Of a stretch of DNA of 64,000 bases, positions 1 to 11,264 are shown one piece after another. A program made the position numbers and the translations under genes. Positions within the stretch are counted from its first letter, which is position 1, and each line of letters opens with the position of its first letter. Source of the DNA: an uncultured Planctomycetota bacterium (lineage in GTDB: Bacteria > Planctomycetota > Planctomycetia > Isosphaerales > Isosphaeraceae); the NCBI GenBank assembly GCA_963845755.1, contig CAWJTV010000028.1, positions 288,001-352,000 of the forward strand, given 5' to 3'. Under the pieces are notes generated by a model. That model worked only from the letters and a program-made list of their open reading frames with translations, had not been told where the DNA came from and ran no database searches.

Positions 1-3000
1 CCAGGCCGCGAGCGCGGCGTCCGCCTCGTGCAGGAATTTCACGTCGCCGACCATAGGCAACTCGTCCTTGGGGAGGAAGGCCCTCGTCCAGTTCTCCCGA
101 TCGTAGGTCCGCGGAAGACTGCCGGTCTGGACGATCTCGTCACGCCGATAGGTCTTGATCCGATGGTATGCGACCCTTCGAGCTTCCCAGCGGATCTTGT
201 CACCGAGCGGATCGAGCTGATCCTGGCCCTCGACGCGGACCTGACCCTCGATGCGGAAGAGCGGATCATCGCCGGCGGTGGTGCTGACGATTGCGTTCTC
301 GGCGCGGAAATTCACGGGCGCCAGCTCGGGATCGTCGGGCGTGCTTTCGAGATGGACGAGCCCTCCCTTGACCTGTGCGGTGACCTGATCGATCCGGACC
401 TTGAGGGCGGGGGAATCGGCGGGCGGACGGCGGGGACTGCCGAGCGCGTGAAGCATGCTGCCCTCGGTGCCGAGTAGCGCGTTGGTGAGGTTCAGACTGA
501 GCTCGCGTCCCGAGCCGACGAGGACGCCATCACCTCCGGATCGCAGGAAGCTGTCGCGGATCTGAATCACGGCGCCACGCCCGGCGGCCGGGTCGGCGGG
601 GCCGGGCGGCTCGGAATCGGCCGGCGCTTGCAGGACGAATAACGAGGCTGACGGGCGCGGGACGGCCACCGTGAGCGTGCAGTCGGAGATCGTCAGCTCG
701 GTACCGGGTAGCAGGCCGATTGCGGCCAGGCGATCGCCGCGGGGCGCGTCCTGATCGGTGATCACGAGGTCGAGCCCCTGAAGGAGGAGCGAACCCGAGC
801 GGAGGTTCAGCATCACAATCCAATTGGCGGGCGACGGCGGCGGCATCTCGGGCGGGCTCAAGCGAAGACGCGGCCGGACCGTGCCCGGCACGGCGACGAA
901 TTGGTATCCGCCCGTGCTCTCGATCGCAAGGGTGGGTAACTCGAGGTCCGCGCCGGCCGCGATTCGCAGAATCCCCCCCTGCCGTCCGAGCTGCTTCAAC
1001 CTTGAGAGCAGTTGATCGACGCTACGGATCACGTCCTCATCCGACGACCCGATTACAGCCGGACGGACCGCGGCGCCGGTCTTCTCGGCATCGACCTTCG
1101 CCGGCTCCTCGCGGGCCGGGGGCGCCGGCGCGGGCGAAGTCCCCGCTGCGACGGACCCCGTCACCTCGGATTCCGCGGGCGTGGCACCGGCCGGCGTCGC
1201 CATCGGCGGCATGGTGGGCAGGTTCATCGGATCCATCGGCGTGAGCGGGTCCGGTGTCGCGCCTCCCGGCTCCGCGGAACTGCCTGGCGACGGTTCCTCC
1301 GGAGTCGGCGAGGAGACGCGGGATGCCTCCGAACCGCCCAGCGGCTGGGCCGCGGCGAGCGCGCCGATCCGGCGCCCCGCGTCCTGCGGTTCGGCCACGT
1401 CGGAGCCGGAACGATGGGCCATCCGCACATTCTGGAGGATCGCGCCGAAGGGGCCCTGATGCGCCCCGAGATCCGTCGCCGACTTGAGCCGGGGACTCAG
1501 CAGGAAGACGCGCGTCGGGTTCTCCCGCTCTTGAGCCAGCGCTTGCAAGGGGTCCGACGACTCCCAGACCGTTGCGGTGGAGGTGTGGCTGCCGAGCTCT
1601 CGGGGCTCGGATCCGCCCTGCTCCCAGCCCGCGAAATCGGTGATCGGCGACGCCTGCGGATCCGGACCGGCCGGATCCAGGTAAGCTGCGATCCGCGAAT
1701 AGACGTTGGACCGGCCGCGCCAGGTGAGGTTCCGTGGCTCGTCGATCCTGACCAGCGTGGCCGGCAGCCGGCCCGCGGGCGCGATCACGCTGTCGTCGAC
1801 CCAGGCCCGCGCGAGGCAGCCGTCGAATCGAAAGACCGGGCCGTTTGCCGCCAGGATGCTCGAATGCCCGAGCCGGAAGTCTACCGCGACCGGCGCCGAG
1901 GATCGGGCGTTGTCGAACCAGATCGATGGGAGAGCCGGCCCCATCGTGCAGTCACGAAGCACGACGTCGGCGGGTCCTTCCGCCAGGATGGCGACCTGAC
2001 CCCCATCGAAATGACAGGAATCGGCGAACACCGCCGGCGGCCGCTCGCCGCCGCCGGTCCGCGACCGGACCGTGCGCACCCGGACGGCCGCCACGTCGCG
2101 TCCCTCGGGTTCGCTGGCATCGGTCCGACGGAACGAGCAGCCCCAGAGGGTCAACTCCACATCCTCGCCCTGGATCGCGGCGACGGCCTCTTCGGTCACG
2201 GACGCGTCGAGTTCGAATTCCAGCCCTTCGAGGCGGACATGGCCGCCGACGAAGTGGAGCAAGCTGCTCAGCGGCTGATCCGGCAGTCGAGCGTCGGGGG
2301 CGAACTTCAAGAGCGGCCGGACGCCGGCCTCGGCCTTGATCGTCAAGTCGGCGTCCGTCAGGGCGCGGGCGCCCGGCCCGACCAGGACCGCCCGCCCGAG
2401 AGTTGATACGGGCCATCATCGGCCAGCACGACGACCGACCGGCGCGGCGCCGAGGCGAGGACCGACAGGAGGTCCCCATTCGAATTGACCGGGATCGTCC
2501 GCGGGTAGACCGGTTGGGCATTCACCGGCTTCGTCTCGGCCCCGGCACGCTCCGGGGTGAGCCGGGGATCCGCCCCTTCGGCGCCGCCGGCGATCTTCAG
2601 CTCCTCCGCCTCAAAGCCCAGGGCCAGCGCCGACGTGCCGGCACGGGACAAGCTCGATGACGGCCTGGTGAACTCGTATCCCCACCAGATCACGCCCATC
2701 ACCACGATGAACCCCAATGCGGGCAGCAACCATACCAGGTGCCGCTCCCACGTCGGCCGGTGGGCGTGGAGCATCCAGTACTCCAGCTCGCGGGTGGTGC
2801 GCTCCAGGCCCAGGGCGCCGGCCAGGCCCAGGAGGTCGCGAACGAGCTGCTCCGGGCTCTGGTATCGCCGGTCGCGATCCTTCGCCATCAGCTTCGTGAT
2901 GACCGCCGCGAGCTCGGGCGGGACCGCCGGATTCATCGTCCGGACGTCGGCCGGCGGCTCCTCCTGATGCTGGATCAATTTCTGGAGCACCGTCCCGCCC

Positions 3001-3832
3001 GGAAAAGGCGGACGACCCGTGAGCATGTGAAATAGCGTACATCCTAACGAATAGAGATCACTTCGCACATCCACGTCGCGCGGGTCTCGCGCTTGCTCGG
3101 GGCTGATGTAGTCGAATGTACCCAGGGTCATCCCGCTCTGGGTCAGGCCGCGGTCGCCACCCCGCTCGAAACGGCGTGCGAGGCCCATGTCCACGAGCTT
3201 GGCGCGCCCCTGGGGCGTGATGATGATATTCGAGGGCTTGATGTCGCGGTGGACGACCCCACGCTGGGATGCATGGACCAGGGCATGAGCGATCTGGAGG
3301 GCGAAATCGACCGCCTCGGCGACCGGCAGCGGCCCGGACTCTTCCACGCGCTGACGGATCGTCGCACCCTCGATGTACTCGAAGGCGATGTGATGAAAGC
3401 AGCCGTCCTGTCCGATACTGTAGACTCGTGCAATGTTCTCGTGGTCGAGCTGGGCGGCGGATCGTCCCTCCTGGTAGAAGCGTTGGACGACTTCCCCGTC
3501 GGCAGCCTGGTCGGGAGGCAACAGTTTCAGCGCGACGTGTCGGTCGAGCTTGGTATCGAGCGCCACGAAAGACCGCACCCATCCCGCCGGCGCCGATGGC
3601 GGCCTCCAGGCAGAACTCGCCGATGAGTGCGCCGGGCAGGGGCAGCGGGATCGTCCCGGGGGCAGGCGCTACCCCGCGCCGCCTCTCGGCCGAACTGCCG
3701 GATCCCCGCAGTATGGTGAGCGAGGGATCCGCCTGAGCGGCGTTCAACGCGGTCAACCCGCGCCTCGTCCTCGCGTTCGGGAACGGGCGAAGGGCTGCCA
3801 TCGGTCGTTCTGCGCGGATCGGAGCTCAACAT
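1..3832 (-). CDS. Membrane Ser/Thr protein kinase with large extracytoplasmic region (frameshifted; 3' end runs off the window)
   Basis: GAGGMGAVF lies in ORF 3058..3801 and joins after a shift at ~3565 to VALK, HRDIKPSN, DMG and GTFDYISPEQ in ORF 2358..3578. A TM segment follows (LVWLLPALGFIVVMGVIWW). After a second shift at ~2362 the reading resumes LTDADLTIKAEAGVRP, and that frame is open at both ends I translated (~2360-2120 and ~1060-1). Start is uncertain (3801 or 3832). Confidence 0.85.
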
Positions 3833-3957
3833 CGAATCTTGCTCAATAGCTGGGGATCGTCCCCGGGGATCACATCCTTGCAAGCGACCAAGAGCGATAC
3901 GTCGCGAGATGAGCCGAGACAGGATTAGTGCATGCAGTTCTGCGAACCTACACACAG

Positions 3958-3986
3958 ACTATAGATGGACCACCCTGAACTGTCAA
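3958..3986 (-). promoter_or_regulatory. sigma70-type promoter for the kinase gene
   Basis: Minus strand reads TTGACA-N17-TATAGT (plus strand TGTCAA 3981-3986, ACTATA 3958-3963), about 130 nt upstream of the kinase start. Confidence 0.7.
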
Positions 3987-4319
3987 CCTCATTTACTCAG
4001 ATTATCTACACAAGCTCAAATGCGGCAACACTCTGGGAATTGCCGTCGTGTGCGGACTTTCTTTCCGAATTGAGGGACGGGCTCGACCGGGTTGCGACTG
4101 AGGTAGGGATCGGGGAGAGGAGAACTCCATGCGTGGATACGTGTCTCAAGGACCGAGTCGGCGCGAAATGGGGATCATCCCGTCGGCCGGGAAGACCGAC
4201 TTAAGCCGCTCATCCCTCATAACCGATAGAGGAACAGTCACCGTCGGGGCTTTCACCCGGTAGGACGATACCGGAGACGGGAATCGAGGCGGGTAGCCGC
4301 GAGCCGCAGGAGGTAGCAT

Positions 4320-6233
4320 ATGTGGGACCGGATTCGGATAGGTCGCTTCCAGCCGAGACAACCCGGTAACGGGATGGGTTCTCGCGCGGGGCGCCGATCG
4401 TCCCGCCAGCCGCTCTTGGAAGTTCTGGAGTGCCGACAGTTGTTGACCGGGACGGGGCCCTCTCTGGCATCCATCTCGAACCAGACCGTCCCGTCCCAGC
4501 AGGGACTGACCCTCCCGCTCGATGGGACCGGCACCACCGATCCCCAGACCTTCACGGTGACGTCCAGCAACCCCGATATTGGGGCCGCGATCGCGGATGG
4601 CCAGTTCTGGACGCTGAACGTCACCTACACCGACCCGACGAACTCCGCCAACGACTTCAGCGGTCCGCTCACGTTCCAGCTTCTGGGCGCCCCCTCCCCT
4701 GCGAGTCCAGGCCCGGGGAACCTGACGCCGAACACCGCCGGAATGATCGAACAGTTCACCAACGACGGATATTTTAATAATACCGGCAAGTTTATCACCC
4801 GGATCATCAACGGGTTCCCCGACTCGGCGAGTTTCGTGATTCAGGGTGGGGCGCCCAATGCCAACGGCACGGGCAGTAGCGGGCAGCCGAATACCCCGTT
4901 CGCGAACGAGAACGTCCAGCAGTTGGCCTTCACCGGCACGGACCAGTTGGCGATGGCCAACGCGGGCGGAACGGATAGCAACGACACCCAGTGGTTCATC
5001 ACGACCGGGACCCCCAATAGCGAGCTCGGGTACGGCTACACCATCTTCGGCCAGCTCGTGCCGAATCCTACGTCCGAAACGTCGGCGCAGGCGACCCTCA
5101 GCAGCCTCACCAAGATTCCGGTCACGACCAACTCGGGTGGTGAGGACTCACTTCCGAAATTCCCACCGACGTACTCCACGTCTCTGTCCTCGACCAATCC
5201 CAGCGGTGTCCTGATCCTCGACACCACCCAGGCCACAGCCGGCGAGACGTCCACGATCACCGTGACGGCGACGGATTCGATCACTCACACCTCCACGAGC
5301 CAGTCGTTCCAGGTCAACGTGAGTGCCTACGCGGGGTCCACCACCCTGACGACCCTCGCCTCCCTGAACTTCAGGCCCTTCGCCAATGCAACCACGGCGA
5401 CAACGTCCGTCAACTCGGCGACGACCGTCACGCTGAACGGGCAGGGCACCTTCCCGGTCTCCGGCCAGAATCAAGCCCTGAGTTATGCGCTCGTGTCCCA
5501 ACCCGCCCATGGCACGGTTACCAACTTCAACCCGACGACCGGGACCTTGACCTACACCCCCGCGCCGGGCTTCAAGGGTTCGGATACATTCCAGTACAAT
5601 GTCACTTCGAGCGGACCGAACACGTCCGAACCGTCCGCAACCAGCAATGCGGGCACGGTCACGATCGCGGTCACCTCGACACAGCCCGTGGACACGGGTG
5701 CGGTCCGCGTGGTCGGCAACACCTTGATCATCACTCCCTTGCCGCGCCCCCTGGACCACGGGACCAACTATATCGATGTGATCCAGGTCCCCAGCACGTC
5801 GACCTCCAGCACGCCGGTCCTCCAGGTCTACGTGAACAATCAGCTCGACACGACCCAACCGGCGGTGGACACCATCGACAGCATCATCGCCTTCGGTTCC
5901 AAGGCCAACGATGTCATCACCATCGACCCCACGGTGACGATCCCGTCGGTGATCGATGGCGGTCACGGGGGTGTCAACCGACTCAAGGCCGGCTCGGTCG
6001 AGACCCGCGAGCACGGCTGGTTCGGGCACACGACCTTGATCGGGGGATCGGGTCCCAACCAGCTCATCGGCCGCGCCGGCCAGGTGAAGTTCCGACCAAC
6101 GCGTTCGACGGACCTCATCTACACGGGATCGCCGAAACGCCGGACGCACTTGCTCAATCCCGTGCCACCCAGCGGCACGTTTTACATCTACAAGAAAGGC
6201 CGCCTGATTCCCGTGCCGTCGAACAAGTTGTAG
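4320..6233 (+). CDS. Extracellular cyclophilin-type peptidyl-prolyl isomerase with Ig/cadherin-like domain
   Basis: Planctomycete extracellular motif LEVLECRQLL. Cyclophilin motifs TRII..FVIQGG, LAMANAG..SNDTQWFIT and YTIFGQLV. Ig-like segment PAHGTV..GTLTYTPAPGFKGSDTFQY. RBS AGGAGGT. Confidence 0.85.
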   Translation: MWDRIRIGRFQPRQPGNGMGSRAGRRSSRQPLLEVLECRQLLTGTGPSLASISNQTVPSQQGLTLPLDGTGTTDPQTFTVTSSNPDIGAAIADGQFWTLNVTYTDPTNSANDFSGPLTFQLLGAPSPASPGPGNLTPNTAGMIEQFTNDGYFNNTGKFITRIINGFPDSASFVIQGGAPNANGTGSSGQPNTPFANENVQQLAFTGTDQLAMANAGGTDSNDTQWFITTGTPNSELGYGYTIFGQLVPNPTSETSAQATLSSLTKIPVTTNSGGEDSLPKFPPTYSTSLSSTNPSGVLILDTTQATAGETSTITVTATDSITHTSTSQSFQVNVSAYAGSTTLTTLASLNFRPFANATTATTSVNSATTVTLNGQGTFPVSGQNQALSYALVSQPAHGTVTNFNPTTGTLTYTPAPGFKGSDTFQYNVTSSGPNTSEPSATSNAGTVTIAVTSTQPVDTGAVRVVGNTLIITPLPRPLDHGTNYIDVIQVPSTSTSSTPVLQVYVNNQLDTTQPAVDTIDSIIAFGSKANDVITIDPTVTIPSVIDGGHGGVNRLKAGSVETREHGWFGHTTLIGGSGPNQLIGRAGQVKFRPTRSTDLIYTGSPKRRTHLLNPVPPSGTFYIYKKGRLIPVPSNKL

Positions 6234-6293
6234 CATCGAGGATCGGCGACGGCGGCCGCATTCCTCATCGTCCGCCAGCGAACGGGCACCTGC

Positions 6294-8844
6294 ATGACAA
6301 CGCTTCCGATCGAGGCATGCCTACCTGCGATCCGAGAGGGACTCGCAACGGGGTCCTTGGTCGTCGTTGCGCCACCCGGCTCGGGGAAGACGACCCGGTT
6401 GCCGGCAGCCCTCCTCGACTCGGGATTGCTGCCCCCGCAGCATCCGAAAGTCCTCGTGCTCCAGCCGCGACGGATCGCGGCGTGCGCGGCCGCCGCGCGG
6501 GTTGCGGAGGAGCGGGGCTGGGCCCTCGGCGGTCCGGTGGGCTACCAGGTCCGTTTCGAGCGGAGGGTCGGCCCGGCGACCCGACTCCAGTTCGTCACGG
6601 AGGGAATCCTGACCCGGCAGCTCCTGGCCGATCCGTTCCTGGAGACCGTCGGCGCGGTGGTCCTCGACGAGTTTCACGAGCGGAGTCTACAGACGGACCT
6701 GGCGCTCGCCTTGCTGCGCGAGGTCCGGCACGACGTGAGGCCCGACCTGATCCTCCTCGTCATGTCGGCGACCCTCGACGCCGAGCCGGTGGCCCGCTTC
6801 CTGGGAAGTTGTCCGATCGTGCATGCCGAAGGGCGGTCGTATCCGGTCTCGATCGAATACTGCCCCAAAGACCGACCTGCCAGCGCCGAGGTGCTGGTTC
6901 CGCTTGTCGAGCAATGGTTGGACGAGCCCGGCGGCAGTGGTCATCTGCTGGTCTTCCTGCCCGGGATGGCGGAGATCCGGCGAGCGGCCGTTCGGTTGGG
7001 ACCGTCGGCGGAACGAGCCGGCGCGCTGGTGCTGCCACTGCACGGCTCTCTCACGTCCGACGAACAGGATCGCGCCTTACGGCCGGGTCCGCAGCGTAAG
7101 ATCATCCTGAGCACTAATGTTGCGGAGACCTCGCTCACGATCGACGGCGTGGATACGGTCATCGACAGCGGCCTGGTCCGATCCGTGCGATTCGATGCCG
7201 GCCGGGGAATCGACCGATGGCACCTGGGCCGGATCAGCCGCGCCTCGGCCGATCAACGCGCGGGACGCGCAGGACGTACGGGCCCTGGCCGTTGCATCCG
7301 CCTCTGGTCGGAGCGCGAGGAACGGGGATTGTCCGCCTTCGAGGAGCCGGAGGTCCACCGGGTCGATCTCAGCGGGACCGTGCTGGCCTTGCATTCCTGG
7401 GGCATCAACGATCCGATGAGGTTCGGTTGGTTCGACTCCCCATCGGCCGATCGGCTCGCCGCAGCCGAACGTCTCTTGGACCTGCTGGGGGCCGTCGAAG
7501 GTGATCCCGCACGGATCACCGAGTTGGGTCGCCGGATGCTCGACCTCCCGGTCCATCCCCGGCTGGCGCGGCTGATCCTGGAGACCGCCGACCGCGGCCG
7601 GCTGCGCGAGGGGGCCGCGGTCGCCGCGTTGCTCTCGGAGAAGGAAATCCTGATGCGCGAGTCCGGTTCCGCCGAGCGAGGAGCGAGAATCCGAGAGGTC
7701 GCGAGCGCTCCGTCCGACGTCCTCGTGCGGCTCGACGCGCTGGTCGAGGCGGGCTCGGCCCGTTTTTCCCCGTCCTTGCGGTCCCGGGGCATCGATCCGG
7801 CCGCCGCACGTCAGGTGGCCAGGCTCCGCGATGAGTTGGTCCGTCTGGGCCGGCGGGGCGTTCGTGGCGGTGAGTTCGACCGAGACCCATCAGACTCAAG
7901 AGGACGAGGCGATCCTCAAAGCCCTCTTGCTGGCCTATCCCGATCGCCTGGTCAAGCGGCGCGGTGCTGAGAGGACCGGAGTGATGGTCGGCGGCCGCGG
8001 GGTCCGGCTGGCGCCCGGCTCGGTCGTCCGCGATGCCGAGCTCTACCTGGCGATCGGCGCACGCGAGGACCGACGCGGCGATCAGCTCGCCGTGCACGTC
8101 GACCTGGCGAGCATCGTCCGGCGGGAATGGCTCGAGGAGCTTCACCCTCATCGCTTGAGGCGCGAGCGAGTGAGCCGCTACGACACCACGCGGAATCGAG
8201 TCATCAGCTCAACCCAGCTCTGGTTCCTGGACCTCTTGATCCGCGAGGATCTCCTCCCGGACGTGGACGACGATGAGGCCAGCAAGCTCCTGGCCGAGGC
8301 CCTGAGACCGGACTTTGCGCGCTTCTTCCGCGAGAACTCTCGGATCGCGGCCTGGCTGGCTCGCGTCGAGTTCCTCCGACAAGCCGTGCCCGAATCGAAC
8401 TGGCCGGTCTTCGACGACCTCGCCTTTGGAGACATCCTCGAGCAGATCTGCCGAGGGAAGAGCACGGTCGAGGAAGTGCGACGGGTCGACCTCCTCGCGT
8501 TCTTGCAGGGCCGGCTGGATGCAAAGCAGCTTCGCGAACTCCGCGAGAGCGCCCCGGAGTCCGTCGCGCTGCCGAGTGGACGCCGGGTCACGCTGGCCTA
8601 CGAACAGGGCCGTCCTCCCGTCCTCGCCGCCCGCCTCCAGGACCTCTTCGGCTGGACCGAGACCCCACGCCTGGCGCGGGGGCGAATCCCCGTCCTGCTG
8701 CACATCCTCGGTCCCAACCATCGACCGGTCCAGATCACCAACGATCTCCGCAGTTTCTGGACGACCACCTACCATCAGGTCCGCAAAGACCTTCGCGGCC
8801 GATATCCCAAGCACGCATGGCCTGCTGATCCTTTGAATTCCTAG
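6294..8844 (+). CDS. hrpB: ATP-dependent helicase HrpB (frameshift ~7860)
   Basis: GSGKTT, DEFH, SAT, STNVAETSLTI and QRAGRAGR in ORF 6294..7970. HrpB C-terminus (LLAYPDR, RPVQITNDLRSFW, LRGRYPKHAWP) in ORF 7831..8844. Confidence 0.92.
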
Positions 8845-8996
8845 TGGTCGGTGTTCCGTCTCAGAGAATGAGTGGTATCTCCACTGAGCACGGAAAAAGT
8901 TGACGTTCCCTTACCTGGAGGGGTCCGTTAAGATCCGGCTGCCACGGAGCAAGGATGCTCGTAGCACAGTGCAGAAGGAGAAGGATTCTAGCCTTG

Positions 8997-10198
8997 ATGC
9001 ACCGTCGGCGGCGGGTCGTTTGCGCCTGGGTATTCGTCTGCGCAGGATTCTCGGGATGCGCCACCATGCGGCGCGAGGCTCCGAGCGCGGATCTTCGACC
9101 GTGCACCGACGGGTACGCCTACACGCGCGATGGGTGGCGGCTGGGCGTTCGCCATTACAAGCCGCAGCACCCGGACCCGACCAAGCTCCCGGTCATCCTA
9201 TGTCATGGGCTGGGACTGAACGCCACGTTCTGGACGATCACCGATTACCACCTTCCCTCGCAGTTGACGTCGCGGGGCTACGATGTCTACGTGTTCGACA
9301 TCCGAGGCTCCGGGGAGAACGCCCACCTGGGCCGTTGTGACCGGCTCAACCAATTGATCCGGCAGACACCGATGCGGGAGCGCGGCGAACGGAACTGGAA
9401 CGTGGACGACCTGGTTCGCTACGACGTGCCGGCGATCCTCGACTATGTCCAGCGCGAGACCGGACGGGACAAGGTCAACTGGGTCGGCCACAGCCTCGGG
9501 GGAATGCTGCTGTTTCCCTACCTGGAACTGGACCCTCATGCTGATCGCATTGCCACATTCGTGGGCATGGGGAGCACGATCATCCAGGCGGAAACGCCTC
9601 AGTGGGATATGCTTCGCGCAACCGGGCCCTGCGGCACTCGCCCTCTTCGCCAGCCCGGGACGGCTCGGACGTCCCCTGAGCTACTTCCGGCCCCCCGGGA
9701 TGGATAAGATCGATCGGTTCTATTACTCGAATGAGAATGTTGACCCGGAGACCGTATCGCGGTTCTACGGCTACACCCTGGAGGATACCGGTCCGGCGCG
9801 CCTTGCGCCAGCTCGATCCATATCTGGAATTCGGCCACATGGTTTCGGCCGACCGGAAGATCGATTATGCGAAGCTGCTGGGCCGGGTCCAGACACCGAT
9901 CCTGCTGGTTGCGTCCGAAGGCGATATCATGTCGGACGTGCCCTCGACCGAGTTGACGTATCAGGGTCTGGGCAGTCCCGACAAGGCGATCATGTTATTC
10001 GGCAAGGCGCACGGCCACGTGGCGGAGTACGGCCACTGCGACCTGGTCTGGAGCCGCCACGCGCCCCGGGAAGTCTTCCCGCCGATGATCGATTGGCTGG
10101 ATCGACACCAGGCCCTGCCGTCCGCCCAGACCGTTTCCCGGACGACCATCTCCCCGCCGATTCCCGCCAAGACGGTTCCCGCAAGTCCGCAGGAATGA
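8997..10198 (+). CDS. Alpha/beta hydrolase, probable lipoprotein (frameshifts ~9620-9635 and ~9797)
   Basis: Lipobox-like FSGC, LCHGLG, nucleophile GHSLG and C-terminal YGHCDL, spread over three overlapping ORFs. Confidence 0.8.
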
Positions 10199-10348
10199 GT
10201 GGATCCCGTGTTGTTGGAGTCGTGCTCGTCGAATCATGCTGGAACGCACACCGGAGTGGATTCCTGGGCGCCTCTACCGGCTGACCATTCGAGCAATAGG
10301 AAGCGATTGCCGATGCTGGGATCCTCACGGCGCGTGACGAGGTGCATT

Positions 10349-10954
10349 TCAGCGTTGACTGAGCACGGAGTCGATGCAGATCTGGGACCAGGTCTCGAAC
10401 TCGTTCCGGAGTGAGTGGATCGCACCGAGATCGAGAAACCTCGCGTCGGCCAATCCCTCCTCGCGCGGGCTGACTTCGGGGCGATCGAGGTCGTAGAGGT
10501 GGACGACGCCGAGATGCACGCGCCCGACGGGCGTGGCATCGTCATTGATCAGTCCCACGCGGCGGATCCGGCCGGGGCTCGTGATAGCGACCTCTTCCTC
10601 GAGTTCTCGCCTCATCGCGGCCTCGTAGGCGTCGAGCGTCCTGGCGCCTTGCGCATCGTCCTCGGACACATGCCCGCCCACTCCCAGCGATCGGAGCCGG
10701 TGCAATCGGGCCTCGCCTTGGCTCTTGCCACGCGTGTAACAAAATACGCTCTCCGCGCAGCGGAACACGACGTAGGGGATGATCTGTTTGAGGCTCGGAT
10801 CGTCCTCGACCTGCGAGCGGGGGCGATAGTCCATCAGCTCGGGTACGAGGAGCGATGAGAGATAACGCTCGGCCTCTGGCGAGAATCCCTGGAATCGGCC
10901 CAAACGATCGAGTTCCGAACTGGGAACGATCAGGACGCGTTCGTCGGTTTTCAC
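10349..10954 (-). CDS. NUDIX-family phosphoesterase
   Basis: EDDPSLKQIIPY, SLGVGGHV, Nudix-like MRRELEEEV and INDDATPVGRVHLG. GTG start after GAGG. Confidence 0.8.
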   Translation of the reverse strand: MKTDERVLIVPSSELDRLGRFQGFSPEAERYLSSLLVPELMDYRPRSQVEDDPSLKQIIPYVVFRCAESVFCYTRGKSQGEARLHRLRSLGVGGHVSEDDAQGARTLDAYEAAMRRELEEEVAITSPGRIRRVGLINDDATPVGRVHLGVVHLYDLDRPEVSPREEGLADARFLDLGAIHSLRNEFETWSQICIDSVLSQR

Positions 10955-11096
10955 AGTGGGCCTCAATGACGGAGAGCGGCGATCTCGAGCGACTGCGTGC
11001 CAGACTCCATTATGCGCTGTGATTGCCGGTCCAGTCGGGCCCGATATTGAGTCGTAAGGCACGCCCAGCGAGAGTACGGTCGCGCCCTATTTTGCG

Positions 11097-11157
11097 GGAG
11101 TCCAGGCCTCAGGCGGAACCTCGAGGCGATCCGAGGACCGGCTGAAGCCAGGACTCC
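11097..11157. repeat. REP-like inverted doublet (GGAG type)
   Basis: GGAGTCCAGGCCTCAGGCGG (11097-11116) and CCGGCTGAAGCCAGGACTCC (11138-11157) are 17/20 inverted-complementary, with an inner CCTCG/CGAGG pair. Intergenic. Confidence 0.6.
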
Positions 11158-11264
11158 AAACTCGGTCCCCAGAACGGGTGGGCCCAGGACAGCCGCGCCC
11201 AGTTGGAGTTGCGCCCTCCGGCCCTTGGGGGGCGATTTGACGCACTCTCCTGTGCGGTGTTGTG

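Noticed and set aside
1012..2406. Long plus-strand ORF of 464 aa, and similar ORFs 12777..13967, 21167..22444, 28247..29449, 43393..44787 and 48269..49744
   Set aside because: They are antisense shadows of real genes, expected from high-GC codon bias, and carry no recognisable motifs.
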